Assembly (NCBI RefSeq): GCF_032062105.1
Contig: NW_026935030.1
Location: 372,001 to 436,000, forward strand
From: Saccostrea cucullata
Taxonomy: Eukaryota
Length of the DNA: 64,000 nucleotides
Direction: 5' to 3'
The translations under genes were made by a program, and so were the position numbers. A model generated the notes under the pieces. It saw only the letters and a list, made by a program, of their open reading frames with translations. It searched no databases and had not been told where the DNA came from. This document shows positions 51,667 to 64,000 of the stretch, piece after piece. Each line of letters starts with the position of its first letter. The first letter of the stretch is position 1.

Positions 51667-53280
51667 ATGAATAAAGGTATGTGTATTTATTTGTAATATA
51701 TAGATATATGGCTGTGCACTGATTCTCTTGAATGAAAATCATTGCAAAAAGTTCTATTTACATTTACAAATATTTCTAAATTTCTTATGCATACGTAGAA
51801 AGAGCCAAGGATGAAGAATCTAAAATGATTATAGAGCTGCGTAGAATATTCTTACACGACGAACAAAAATGCTGTGATTCAAATGCTTTGAAGGAATTAA
51901 AAATTCGTCTTAGACACCATATACCACAGACGCTGCAAGGAAAAGGAGCAGAATTTCAGGAAATATTTGAATCATTAGTTCATGACGGAAAAATTACCTT
52001 AGGAAACTATGAGTTCTTGCACAATGCTTTAACGGAAATTGAACAGATAACAGCCGCAAACAAGATAAAAGATTATCAATTAAAGATACAACAAATATTA
52101 TCTTTAAGTAAGTGATTTATATCATTTAAAAATTATACTTAATGACATATTTAACAATGTTTATTATTTCATGAAATGTAACAGGATGCTTACTCCACTC
52201 AGGCACATGATCCTTTCGCGGGTTCGTTTTTATGCCCTGTTTTCAATTCTGTTTTGTTTGGATTATTTGTAGATGGATCAGTGTTTGATCTCTTTTTCAT
52301 ATTAATTAGCCTCTTTACGATAGCTACGGTGCTTCTCTTTTTCAGGGCAAAATAATTAAGTTTGACGAAGTATTTGTTGATAGATAATTAAATGACGTAT
52401 ACTAAATAATTACTTTTACGTCATATTTCACCAAAATACATCATTTTGCCCTGCAAATGAGCAGTATCGCGGTTATCNNNNNNNNNNNNNNNNNNNNNNN
52501 NNNNNNNNNNNNNNNNNNNNNNNNNNNNNNNNNNNNNNNNNNNNNNNNNNNNNNNNNNNNNNNNNNNNNNNNNNNNNNNNNNNNNNNNNNNNNNNNNNNN
52601 NNNNNNNNNNNNNNNNNNNNNNNNNNNNNNNNNNNNNNNNNNNCGTGATGTAAGTCCTGGATATTGGTCTGGATAGCTTAGTCGGTAGAAAGTCTGATGA
52701 CATGCAAATGTCCCATGCTAGGTTCACGTGGTCCAGTCATATATTTTCTCTTTTTCTGTTAAAGTGCAAATCCAGAGGGAGCATTGTGAGTGCACGTTTT
52801 GTCCGTCTATATCAATCTGCTCCTTATTTCTACATTAGTTGTAACCTTGAATAACAAAAAAAAAAAAATTAGCCAAATTCGATGTCAAATAAAAAACTTG
52901 ATCCCAAGTTACTTTTTTGATCAAAGCAAAGCCATAGGAATCAGGGTTCTCATACGCTCCATCTTACACAAGTAAACGTGCGTTATGCTTTGTAAATTGA
53001 ACAGTTTCTTCTTTTTTTAGATTCCAGTTGTGAAGAGGAATTGAAAATGATCTCAGGAAACGGGGAAAATTCTAGCATAAAAACTACAGAATTCAAATAT
53101 CCATCGACTTCTTTAAATGAGAGAAGTTATTCTAGTGTTTCATCATCTTCATCAGGTTACTGTTTAGTGGAAAGTTATAGAGACGACTCCATCTCCTCGC
53201 CACCAACATCGGCGGAAAATTCGAACATATATAGAACGTATGAAATCGAAATTGCTTCAATACTGCGAAGAGGAAGTTGA
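51667..53280 (+). CDS. DED-like (death effector domain) protein with Ser-rich tail, ~192 aa. Exons: 51667-51676, 51799-52107, 53021-53280 (the assembly gap in intron 2 could hide more)
   Basis: Phase-1 GT-AG introns; LKELKIRLRHHIP..EFQEIFESLVHDGKITLGNYEFLHNALTEI..AANKIKDY follows the DED helical pattern (LxxLKxxL..IP..LFxxLxxxGxIxxxNxxxLxxxL..IxxY). Confidence 0.7.
52478..52643. other. Assembly gap (166 N)
   Basis: Run of N. Confidence 1.
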
Positions 53281-55699
53281 ACACCATTGTAGAACTTTTT
53301 AAGAAAAAATGGAGAAGAAATATGTCAGAAAAGAATCTGTAACGGAAGCACAAGTAGCAATAGATAAGAAACAGTCTTCGAATATGACTTTGTCAATGAA
53401 TAAAGTGTTTAATGTCTTTGAATTTTTTTTTCATTTATTTTTATAAGGACTTAAGGTCTTTTTCAAAATTTTCAGTGGATGTTTTCAAAATACAGTTAGG
53501 GTGTTATTTTTATTTTATATGATAATATTTAGAAATTTCTACCGATTAACTAATAAGATCGTTTGATCGTTTTTTTTTTTTTTTGGTTTGGTTTTTTTTT
53601 TTTTTTTTTTTTTTTTGATATGAAAACTTCTTGAAATATTTTTCACAGAAATTCTTTGGAAAAACAACACAAGGGTATAAAAAGGAGTGTGTAATATCAT
53701 ATATTATGTATATATTGATCAGAAATCTGTATTACATTGTATATATATATATTTCTTTACTTCAATAGGCAAAATAAAATTAAGAAAACTAGCTATGAAT
53801 CATATTTAAAATATCAGATATAATACAAATCAGGTCAAATGGCATGCAAGTTCTTTCTACATGCTTTTAATTATAATCAAAACTATGTCTGAACAATCAC
53901 TGAATTTTTTTTAAAGTTTTTAATATTATATGATAGGTAACTGTAGAAGATTCCAATGTTTCACTGAGCGCTCATACAAGAAATTGATGTTTGACCGCGG
54001 AGTGAGATACTAGACCTGTCGCGGTCTAACATCGATTTCTTTTATAAACGATCGGTAAAACTACAGAATATTAAACTTTTCAAGCATAAAATTATATTGG
54101 AAAAATTTTGCAATGCATAATAATATTTTCTGTAACTTTTGACTACATGCAAATATGCTAACGACTTTGTCTCAATAAATATCTTACTGTTACAGTATAC
54201 AAGTTAAACCTTTGAGTTGATTTTAATAGGCATTAATTTACACCCTATACCAAATTAATGCGTTATATTAGACATTGAAAATCACTTATTTTTGCCGTAA
54301 TAAATACATTTATCTTTTTTAGTCCTAATAAAAACGTACACTTAAGTATAAGGGAATAGATTTTCTGACATTACATATTGTAAATTTCTTTATTTTTGAA
54401 ATACTCATGCATTATTTTATTTATTAAAAATGAAGTATCCGTATTGGCGTGTGATCTGGTCCTAAATAGAACATACAGTTGGATCTGACAAAGGGTCACA
54501 AAACCGCGGAAATTTGTACAATCGAACTTATTGCAAATATAATGCATATAAAGAGAGTCTTAAGATACCCGAGTAATTGTCTACCAGTGGATTGAAAAGA
54601 TTCTGTGGAAGTATGACCCTGTGGTAAAAGGTACGTCTACAGTATATTTAAACAACATTTAAAACATCATCACCGTCACTGCTTATTATGTTAAAAATCT
54701 CTACAAATGTAAGAGGAATTATAAATGATATACTAGTATTTTCCTTTTAATATCTAAACCTATCTTGAAATGATGTGTGTGAGAATGATTCCTTGTAAAC
54801 CATGTCAGATCTACAAAATGTGTGAAGTTATTACAGATAAAATTTCTTAACATTATTTGAATTTGAGTATCCAAGCTCAAACATCCATAAAACAATAGAC
54901 ACTTATTGCAATACAACGAGGGGAACAGTCAAACTGTTGTCCCGAGGAAATGGGGAAGACCTGGGAAAATGGTGTCCGACTTGTCATGAAATAAGTGTTT
55001 TATTACCTAACCTACTATATAATTTCTTAAAGTAATGATATAGACACATCGACAAAAGTTTGCATTATTTCTTGTATTATCATGCACGCCCTAATAAATA
55101 TTTATGTATACATGTGCTGTTTAGTAAAAAAAAAACATAAAATGACTTGAAGGTTTGAATATAACACGCTGAGTCGGACGTTTTAAAAGGCAAAGATCTA
55201 ATGAGTGAAAGGGGTCTACAGTTTTCCAAAATTACCCTCAGAAAAGATGTCCTTGGCCTCTTCTTTCAAATGATATCAAATTGAATATATATTTTGTGGG
55301 TATTAGGTTTTCTCTTCAAATGATAATTTCAAATTGAAAGTCATGAAAATGCTTCAATTGATGCATAATTCAGTATTATATAGCTGTAAAGTACGAGAAT
55401 TTAATTATATGACGTCATAATGGTTCAATTCAGCCATGCAAGAGGGAAACAGTCGATTTGTTGGTCCGGAGTGCAAGCTGTTGGCCGAGACCGTAGGTCT
55501 CTTTACTAGGGACTGTTTAGTAGAGGTATAACAATATACAGTTGTTGACTGGGGTAGAGGGAAACAGTCGGTCTGTTGGACCGGAGTGCAAGCTGCTGCC
55601 AACTGTATACGGTTGCATGGTATGCGAAAAACATAAAAATGAATCAGGAAACAGTTCAAAATGCCTAATTACAATTTATATAGTAGGTTAGATAATAAA

Positions 55700-57250
55700 A
55701 CAAAATAGGAGCAGAGCAAACATAGACCTCCAAAACATCAGAAAGGGATTAAGTGAGCATCCCCTGCCGACCTGTCACACCCGCCGTGTGTTCCTTGTCA
55801 TAATCGGAAAAATAAAGGGAAGAATACCCGTCGGCAATTCAGTGTGTAAATAATGGACTTACAAAGAGTATGAAAAACGTTATTCAGCATTTGACTCAAT
55901 GATAAATTGCGTTTGATGACATGACCATTGTATCGACCAAAGAAACTTGTATGTCAATAATTCACCTCGCTTTAGAAATTGTACATACATAGAGTATGTA
56001 CTTGAATACAATCAACTGGGAGATATAAACTCCTTATGCAGGTGATGAGGGTATATTGCTGCATAATTAAGGGAAGTTGACATTTGAAAAGTTAAAGTCA
56101 TCACGTTTATCATTAAGCTTAGTTGTTAGATTACCATTAACGTCTCTTTCAAGTAAAATATCCAAACATGAAACAGATGTGTCAGACTCTGTGGTATCTT
56201 TGTCTCTCCTCAGTATATATCGTATCGACATCAGAATGGAAATAACCATTGTTAATTATCAATATATCGTCGATATACTAGTATCTAAACGTCGATTTGA
56301 AGGCCACAGCAAGGTTTTCTTCTTTTCACGCAAGATTTTGGACAAGTTCTGCTTCATATGAATACAAAAATAGGTCTGCTAATAACGGGGAGCAATTGGT
56401 CACCATAGGAATTCCAATCGATGTCAAATTCAGAGTACTTGAGTGTACAATCAGAATGTTTTTAATGGTTGTGTATAAAGTTGGCTTAAGAAAAGAAGGC
56501 TTATATTAAGTTTTTAACCTGTTAATTTTGGTAAAATCTTATGATTTCAAATTGTCCAAAGTTCCTTGGAATTTTTAAGTATCCACATCTGATTTACACT
56601 TCTTCTTGAATATATTGTTGCACAGTACTCTTGAAGTTTCTCCTTCGCTACTGTTTATATCTTAGGGAGGAGTAAATAAAGTGGCTTGGTTGAACATTTA
56701 CCTGGAACCCGCTAGGTATCTTTGTTTGTAAGGATTATTATAAAGTTTCGGAATCCAATATAGAGATATAGAAATTCAAATCCATTTCGGTTGTTTGGGA
56801 TATTAAATATATTCAAAAAACGACATATGATTATGAGATTTTTCAAAATTTTGGGGAACTATAAGTTGGATTACAACTTGTAGTTCCTTGGAATAAATCC
56901 AACGAATATATTGTTGCACTTACTCTTAAGTTTCTCCTTCACTACTTTTATATCTTAAAGAGGCTTGGTTGAACATTTTTAGGTATCTTTGTTTGTAAGG
57001 ATTATTATAAAGTTTCGGAATCCAATATAGAGATATAGAAATTCAAATCCATTTCGGTTGTTTGGGATATTAAATATATTCAAAAACGACATATGATTAT
57101 GAGAATTTCTTAGAAAGGGAACTATAAGTTGGATTACCACTTGTAGAATAAATCCAAGTTCTTTTAAAATACAATTTATAATCATGTGCCTTACAAACGA
57201 AGACAATGTCGTTAAAAGCTTTGTCAGCAGGGACCAGCACGTACTGATCA
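55700..57250 (-). mobile_element. Penelope-like retroelement, degenerate, with internal tandem duplication
   Basis: RT remnants (IGIPMVTNCSPLLADLFLYSYE; NLTTKLNDKRDDFNFSNVNFP); 3' module at 55706-55795; segment ~56607-56890 is repeated at ~56904-57150. Confidence 0.8.
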
Positions 57251-57944
57251 TGTAATGTATTGTATTGAATTTAATTAATTTTTAAAAGAGGACATTTTAT
57301 TATTTCTGTGTTATCATAATAATGAAATATCCTCTTTTTAATTTCGAATATAACATTTTGCGTAAATATTTTACATTCTTGCTTAATAAAATCAAGTGTC
57401 TACATAAAAAAAAATCGTGAAAAGAAGTCAAGAACTTTAGTTAACATGGGCAATAGCAATCACCCGATATTAACACTGTTATAGAACTACAAAAGTATGA
57501 ATAGGGAAAACAAACTGATGAAGCTATGGGATAAATGGTCCACAAAGTATTTTTCATAAATTGAAGTCCAGATTTTCGACGTCATATACAGCTACCTTTT
57601 TCATAAATATGGAACTCGCATAACCGAGCGTTATCACTGGTCATTTGCTCAATTATTTAGTTAAAAGACATTCTGACCGTACACACAAGAACTCCAAAGT
57701 TGATATTAAAAGATGCTCGATTTTCTAATTGACAAAATAAATGTAGTTTTTAAAAAAACCAAGTCTTCAAATAATCTATTGGAATTCCAGATGGAGCAAA
57801 TGTGCTTATTAAATGTTAGCAGGCCTATTTTTATATCAATTTCACCTATACAATTTTAATTTATTTAAAATCTTACACATGAAAAAAAAAATTGCTGTGG
57901 CCTTCAACCAGACATTTAGAAATATCGACAACGTATTATTGTTA

Positions 57945-58610
57945 TAGCGATAACAAACAGTATTCAAGTTCAAAAGTCCATTAAACTTTACAAATTAGAA
58001 GCAGATCAAACATGCACGGACCTCTAAAATATCAGAGGTGGGATCAAGTACCATGGAGGAGTGTGTATCCCCCTGTCGACGGTCACATCAGCCTTTGCTC
58101 CCTGTCATGATCAGGAAATTACGGGAAAATCCGTCGACAATTCAGTTTGTTAATAATGGTATAACAATAAGAATGAGAAACGTTAGTCAGCATTTTACTT
58201 AATGATAGATTGCACGTATTTACTAACAAGGTCATCGTATCGAGCACAGAACTTACGAAATGATGACTTAAACGAGACTGATGATATATGTATTCTTGTT
58301 TCGTCAACTTGTTTGTTTATAATTTACCTTGTTTTGAATTGTTCATACGTATAGCATGCTCTTGTGTATCGAATGAGCTGGAAGATATCAAATCCATATG
58401 CAGGCGATAGGGGTATATTAATTTCTGCATATTAAGTAATGGAAGTTGACGATTGAAAAGTTAAAGTCATCACGTTTATCATAAAGTTTTGTTTCTAGAT
58501 TACCATTTAAGTCTTCTCTAGTAAAACATACTAATATGAAACAGATGTATCAGACTCTGTGATATCTTTTATTTCAAGCTCACCAGGATAAATCGTGTCG
58601 ACATAAAAAT
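57945..58610 (-). mobile_element. Penelope-like element 3' part
   Basis: 3' module at ~58000-58102 plus RT C-terminal remnant. Confidence 0.75.
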
Positions 58611-59621
58611 GGAAATAGCTGATAAACAAGGATAGAAACCGTCTCATTTGAAGTCATCATTTCGCAAAATCTATCAATGGTCGATACTTGTCAGCAAAAT
58701 TAAGAAGAAAGCTGGGTAACATTTTTCATTCTAGCTGTAAGGTCATTATTTGTCTACGGAATTTTCCCGTTTTTCTTATCTACACGATGAACAGACATCG
58801 AGTGTGACCCGTCGAAATGTGATACTATATGTCCTTGTTTCCTCTACTCCCGTTTGTAACATTTCAATGGTCTTTTGAGACTGATCACTGTTCATTTTAT
58901 CTACTGGACATGAGAAAGGACCATAAGAAAGTAACTTGTGTAAAGATTTTGGATGGGAAAATGATATTATGGCTGAAGAACTTGAAAAATAATTGACCAA
59001 GAATGTTTTCGGAAATCAGATACAAGAGATTATTGTGATGAAAAATGAAGATTTGATTGAAAGCCTTTAAAAAAAACAGGATAAAATGAAAGTTTAATGT
59101 AATATATTTTTCCACATTGCAAAAACATGAATATATTACTAAAAATTAAATCTCTAAAAGCCTTTTCGCAGTTAATACAAATCAATAACAATTTTAGAGC
59201 ATGGTGTTCTAAAGAAGAATAGCTGAGCATAAGAAAAATACACTAAAATGAAAATTATTTTTGAAAAAATTGTCAGGCTAAGGTTTTCAGAGCTACCAGT
59301 ATGTCTTTCTCTGGAAAAGTATACATGTCTTATTGGGTGTACATATATCTGCACTTTGCCACTTACTTTAGAATTTTATTACTGGTGTGGTTTTTCTTTT
59401 CTCCTTTGGGTCTGAACTTGATCAATGGGGTTTAATCAAGTACATGGCGGTTTCTGACCACTAGGAATAGGTGTGTTTCAAATTATGTAATCATGGAATT
59501 CACGTTGCAATAATTGCAAGATGCCACATTCAGATAATCACAGTTATATAATTTATTAAATATCTATTAACTGTTCATAAAAATAACAACATATAAATAT
59601 TTTTTTTCAAAGAGGTAAATT

Positions 59622-61656
59622 TCAAGCAGATATCTGTTTGATCCATTCCTCTAAAGCAAACTTTGTACCAGTACTGACTCTCTCGTGATCTGTGTCTGTA
59701 CCAGACACCCTTAACAGTGGTGCTAAAGGAATGTCTGTTTCAATTTGTTGGTTATCAAAAACATGGCCTCTGCAAAAGGAATAAATTTAAAATGGACTCA
59801 ATGAAGACTTACTTTCTGCAAATATGATTTCGAATTCTCCTGTAATGTAAATGTACCTTATGAAGTCATGATTCCCCTGCTGTTTATTCCCTGAAGTTGA
59901 CGCTTTTTCTTCATCAGCCTGTGTAATACAAGTTACCAGTTCTTTGTCAAACCAGGCACACGCGTCCGTCTCGGACGGGTCCAGTCGCAATTGTTTGTTC
60001 ACTGTGTGGGAGTCTAAACCAGGTTTCAATTTCCCGTACAAGTAGACAACAATATGATGGCGTTTCGGTGGTCCTAGAGTCAACTTTGGCGGGTACACTG
60101 ACTGTGCAAAAAAAAACCAATTATTTCTCAGTATAAAATAGGTCTTTGTTATTTTGAATTATGAGCAAACAAATGGTTACTACTTTTTAAATTTCTTTAA
60201 AAAATCTGACGCACCTCCCATAAAGCCAATACTTTGACATCCTCAGATGTAAAATTTTGAAGGGAAAGATTTATTCCTGTTTCTTCATAACATTCCCGTA
60301 ATCCTGCCTGAATGAACTGCAAATAAGAAGTATATTTATATATAAATATCTGAAAAAAGTCTCTTGTAGCTAGAAAGACTTTTATTCAGAAATAACAGAT
60401 ATAAGAGGGGAGGAGGAATTTCCACAGATCCAACATTACCGTCTCATTTCCCTCCAAATGTCCACCTGCAAAGAACAAATATTTGAAAATCAAATTAAAC
60501 AAGATCATATAAACTTGTATGTAAACAAGAACATGTAAAATTGTTTGGCGTTTAGATTTGAAAGTGACCAAGATTTTCTGGGAGCAATTTTTAATAATGG
60601 TTTCTTGGTTTATTTATTTCGATACATTGGTGTTTAAAGGAGACATATCTGTACCTTCAATCATGATTTGGATCACTTGTACATATTAAGTTCACTTTCT
60701 GTATGAATCATCAAGAATATTCAGGTCCATTTTCAACTTATTAGAAATTCTCCCAAGACTTGTCTTGCTTTAGATTAATTCAATCAATATTTCATTATGA
60801 AAAGTCAATGAAACATATGGAGATAACGAACATTATTCAAGATCAAAAGTCCATAAAACAATACAAAATATATAGGAGCAGAGCATCGAAACTCGGACCT
60901 CCAAAACATTGGAGGTGGGATCAGGTGCAATGGAGGAGTGAGCATCCCCTGCCGACCGGTCACACCCGCCGTGGGCTCCTTGTCATGATGAGGAAACAAC
61001 GGAAAAAACATAATTGGATTGGACATCAGGAAAAGCCTATAATAGTCCTCAAAATGCTGTCGATATCCTTTCATGACTTATGGGGTAAAATGTCTAAACA
61101 AAGTCCATTTCCAGGTGTTTATAAGACTCAATAATAACCAAGGTGGTATAGATGTTTCATTTGTGTGTATACATATAATTAACCTATCACTTTTAGATTC
61201 TATATGTAACCTACATTTTATGGCTGAAATATCAGTCTCAGTGCCATGGGTGAAATAACAGCTTCATTGCCCATAATTCTGAAGAAATTATTATTCTTAT
61301 AGCTATCTTATTACTTGGGGGTGGGTCAAATTTGAATTTGCACATGGATCTTTTCATTTACTGAGTGGTTCTAAAAGAATTTTTTTTTGATTTTGCCGAA
61401 AAAAAAAGAAATATATAAATTATAAGTATCGAAATCAATCGCTACTACTTTTCAGTTGATTGTTATTCTTACCAGGAGGGACCCAAACGCCGGGAAATGT
61501 ACGGAGGGTTTTTGCTCGTCTGGTAAGAAGAACTTTTTCATCTGCAGATTCTAGTACAAGAGCTACTCCTGAATCTATTCCGCGCTTTACTGTGTCTTCT
61601 GGTAACTTGTCACTGGTATCTGATGTTAAATTTGTTACCGGACAAAAGGAAGGGCG
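59622..61656 (-). CDS. NUDT17: Nudix hydrolase 17 (3' exons only; 5' exons are not found in the window and probably lie beyond it). Exons: 61656-61473, 60465-60440, 60316-60215, 60101-59857, 59769-59622
   Basis: [66 protein letters not shown] (Nudix box)..LWE-SVYPPKLTLGPPKRHHIVVY..ERVSTGTKFALEEW; all hallmark NUDT17 segments. Confidence 0.92.
60805..61010 (-). mobile_element. Penelope-like element 3' end in a NUDT17 intron
   Basis: Intact 3' module at 60875-60979. Confidence 0.8.
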
Positions 61657-61714
61657 CTAAAAAGAGAAATAGAAGGAGCTTTCAGAAAAGACAATTGACC
61701 CAGGATCAGAAAAG

Positions 61715-63351
61715 ACAAGAGACCCAGGAGCCTGAAAGGTCACCTGATTTTAATAAAATACTATAAAGGGTCCATAGAAGAGTGAAATGAAACAAACTGA
61801 TAGATGAAGCTACATACGTGTAGGGATGTACAAAATAAAAGAATAAAGCATCTTTACTTTAGATTCAACATACGTTTAGCACTGCCCAACACCGGTACCG
61901 GAACCCATTATCGTAGTCCGAAATATCTGACGTTTTCCAGGATTTTCGCGATTTTTATATTCACATGCCAGGAAGATGTCAGAACCGGTGCCATTGCGAA
62001 AACTGAAAATGATTTAAGGTAGGATTCTTCTCACACAAAACTGTATTTCTTGTATTTAAAAATTAATGATTTTTTTTACAGAATCAAGAAGACAATATCA
62101 CTAAGTGATGGTATCAGTTAGATAAGTTTTGACCGTTCTATATTAAAGTCAAGGTCACGTCAAGGTCATTTCCATTAAGAATTCCCTAAACATTATGACT
62201 GAAAAATACTGCATACAATCATGCGATACGGGTGGTTCTCTTTTCTAAAGATTAAATGTTTTCCTTTTTGCATAAAAAGATGTTACTATATAGTGTCTAT
62301 AAGATGATGTTACCAAATTGAAACAAATAGTTTAACAAAAATGGATTCTGGCTAATCCGATTTTTCTCTGTTTTTCTTATTTTTTAAAGGATATACCGGG
62401 GTATTAGTTATTTTTATATGAGAAGATTTTTAAAGAATTAATGTATTTTCACTATATAAACAATTAAAGAGCCCCGCCCTAACACCAGAACTCCTCACCC
62501 ATGGGCTATAAAATTCACAATTTTAGAAGAGGCATTCTCGGTCATCATAACTATGTACTTAGTTTGTTTGTTTAATACCCAGGAGCAGAGAAGAAGATTT
62601 TCTAAGAATTAATGCATTTTCACTATATAACCAATAGAGCCCCGCCTAACACCAGACCCCCTGACCCAGGGGCCATGAAATTCACAAATTGGGAAGAAGC
62701 ATCCTTCCGTACCATAACAATGTACATAGTTCTTTGGTTAAATATCCAAGCACAGAAGAGAAGATTTTTAAAGAATTTATGCATTTTCACTATATAACCA
62801 ATAGAGCCCCGCCCTAACCCCAGAACCCCTGACCCTGGGGCCATGAAATTCACAATTTTGGAAGAGGCAATCTAATTCAACAAAACTAGGTACTTGGTTA
62901 GCTTATTTAATGCCCAGGAGCAGAGAAGAAGATTTTCAAAGTAATAATGCATTTTCACTATACAGTCTATTTAGCCCCACCTCAGCACTAGCACCCCTGA
63001 CCCTGGGGCCATGAATTTCACAAATTTGGTAGAGGACTCAGTGCTGATTACAATCATGCCAATAGTTTGACTGCTTGATGTCCAGGAGCATAGAAGAAGA
63101 TTTTTAAAGATTGCACTAATTTTAGTGGTTTTGGCCCCACCCCTCAGGCACCAGGGGGGCAGGGACCATGAAATTCACAAATTTTGTTCCTCTTCACCCA
63201 TAAATGCTTTGTGCCAAAATTGGTTGAAATTGGTTGAGCGGTTTCAGAGAAGAAGCTGAAAATGTTCAAATCTTAACGCACAACGCACGACGCACGGCGG
63301 ACAACGACGGATAGCAATAGGTCACCTGAGTTTACTCAGGTGACCTAAAAA
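61715..63351 (+). mobile_element. Helentron-associated non-autonomous element (HINE) carrying a Cg170-like ~167-bp satellite array
   Basis: Start ACAAGAGACCCAGG..GGTCACCTGA; units begin GCCCC at 62471, 62639, 62806, 62974, 63134; end has a CGCAC/GACG microsatellite and the hairpin AGGTCACCTGAG-TTTA-CTCAGGTGACCT-AAAA; an older array with its own terminal hairpin continues to ~63905. Confidence 0.85.
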
Positions 63352-64000
63352 TGTAACGTTTTTTCTACATAATTAATAAGGTCCCGCTCTAGCATCCGGG
63401 GCAGAGATTTTCAAAGAAATACATGTAATGCAAATTCATCATGTTCATAATATATTTAAAGTCCTGTCCTTACACAAAACCCCTTTACCCAGGAGATATG
63501 AATTTCATGAAGTTAGGAGCTAGATGCACCCTTGTTCATCAGAACAATGTACTCAGTTTATCTACCTAATACCTATAGCTATGAGCAGAGAAGATTTTCA
63601 AAAAATTAATGCATTTCCATTGTATTAATTGTCAATAGAACACTGTCCTAAAACAAGAACAAATGACCAAGGGCCATGGAATTCACAATTTTGAAAGAGG
63701 TGCCCTAGCTTGCTCATTATAATTAAGCAGACTTTCACTTCTTGTTTTGTTTGCAGAAGAGAGTAATATTTTTAAAGAAATAGCGCATTTTCACCATATA
63801 TTAAAACTGAATATAATTATTATATCATTAGAGCTCCTTCTGACTCAGGGACCATGAATTCCATAAATTTGTACAAGGTGATCTGGGTGCCTCAGGTGAA
63901 CTAAAAAAAAAATGTTGGTTGCATAAATATTAAATGTTGACAATAGAGCATTGTACAGAGGAGCATCTTCTTCATGTTCTTGCAAAAGAGTATCAATAAA

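Noticed and set aside
52457-52727. ORFs spanning poly-X
   Set aside because: Artefacts of the N gap
52666-52730. tRNA-like sequence GGTCTGGATAGCTTAGTCGGTAGA..GGTTCACG, and the tRNA-like heads at 3770-3833 and 47457-47532
   Set aside because: No intact cloverleaf; best explained as decayed SINE heads

Overview
AT-rich, intron-containing animal genomic DNA, most likely an oyster-like bivalve. That assignment is inferred from Cg170-type ~167-bp satellite units inside Helentron-derived elements and the Penelope-like repeat landscape. Manual splicing gives eight protein-coding genes, most of them only fragments in the ORF track. They are two tandem universal stress protein (USP) paralogues (3035-10556 and 14217-16496, +), a secreted His-rich 10-Cys prokineticin/astakine-fold protein (27360-28181, +), and a convergent pair of secreted triple-VWA proteins (30084-40251 + and 41226-45294 -). 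The + strand VWA gene has its signal-peptide exon split by a 5.8-kb composite transposon. There is also a tightly head-to-head pair of uncharacterised genes: a putative death-fold / catalytically altered OTU-like / coiled-coil protein (48598-51353 -) and a DED-like protein with a Ser-rich tail (51667-53280 +). The last gene is the 3' part of NUDT17 (59622-61656 -). The rest is dominated by mobile DNA: about 16 Penelope-like 3' ends sharing a structured ~100-nt module, an RTE/RTEX-like LINE with a 108-bp target duplication, a self-nested MULE-like MITE, Tc1, hAT and IS3EU-like elements, SINEs and Helentron-derived satellite carriers. The most promising novelty is the divergent DED-like / pseudo-OTU gene pair. 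All domain calls come from motif recognition by eye, not from database searches.
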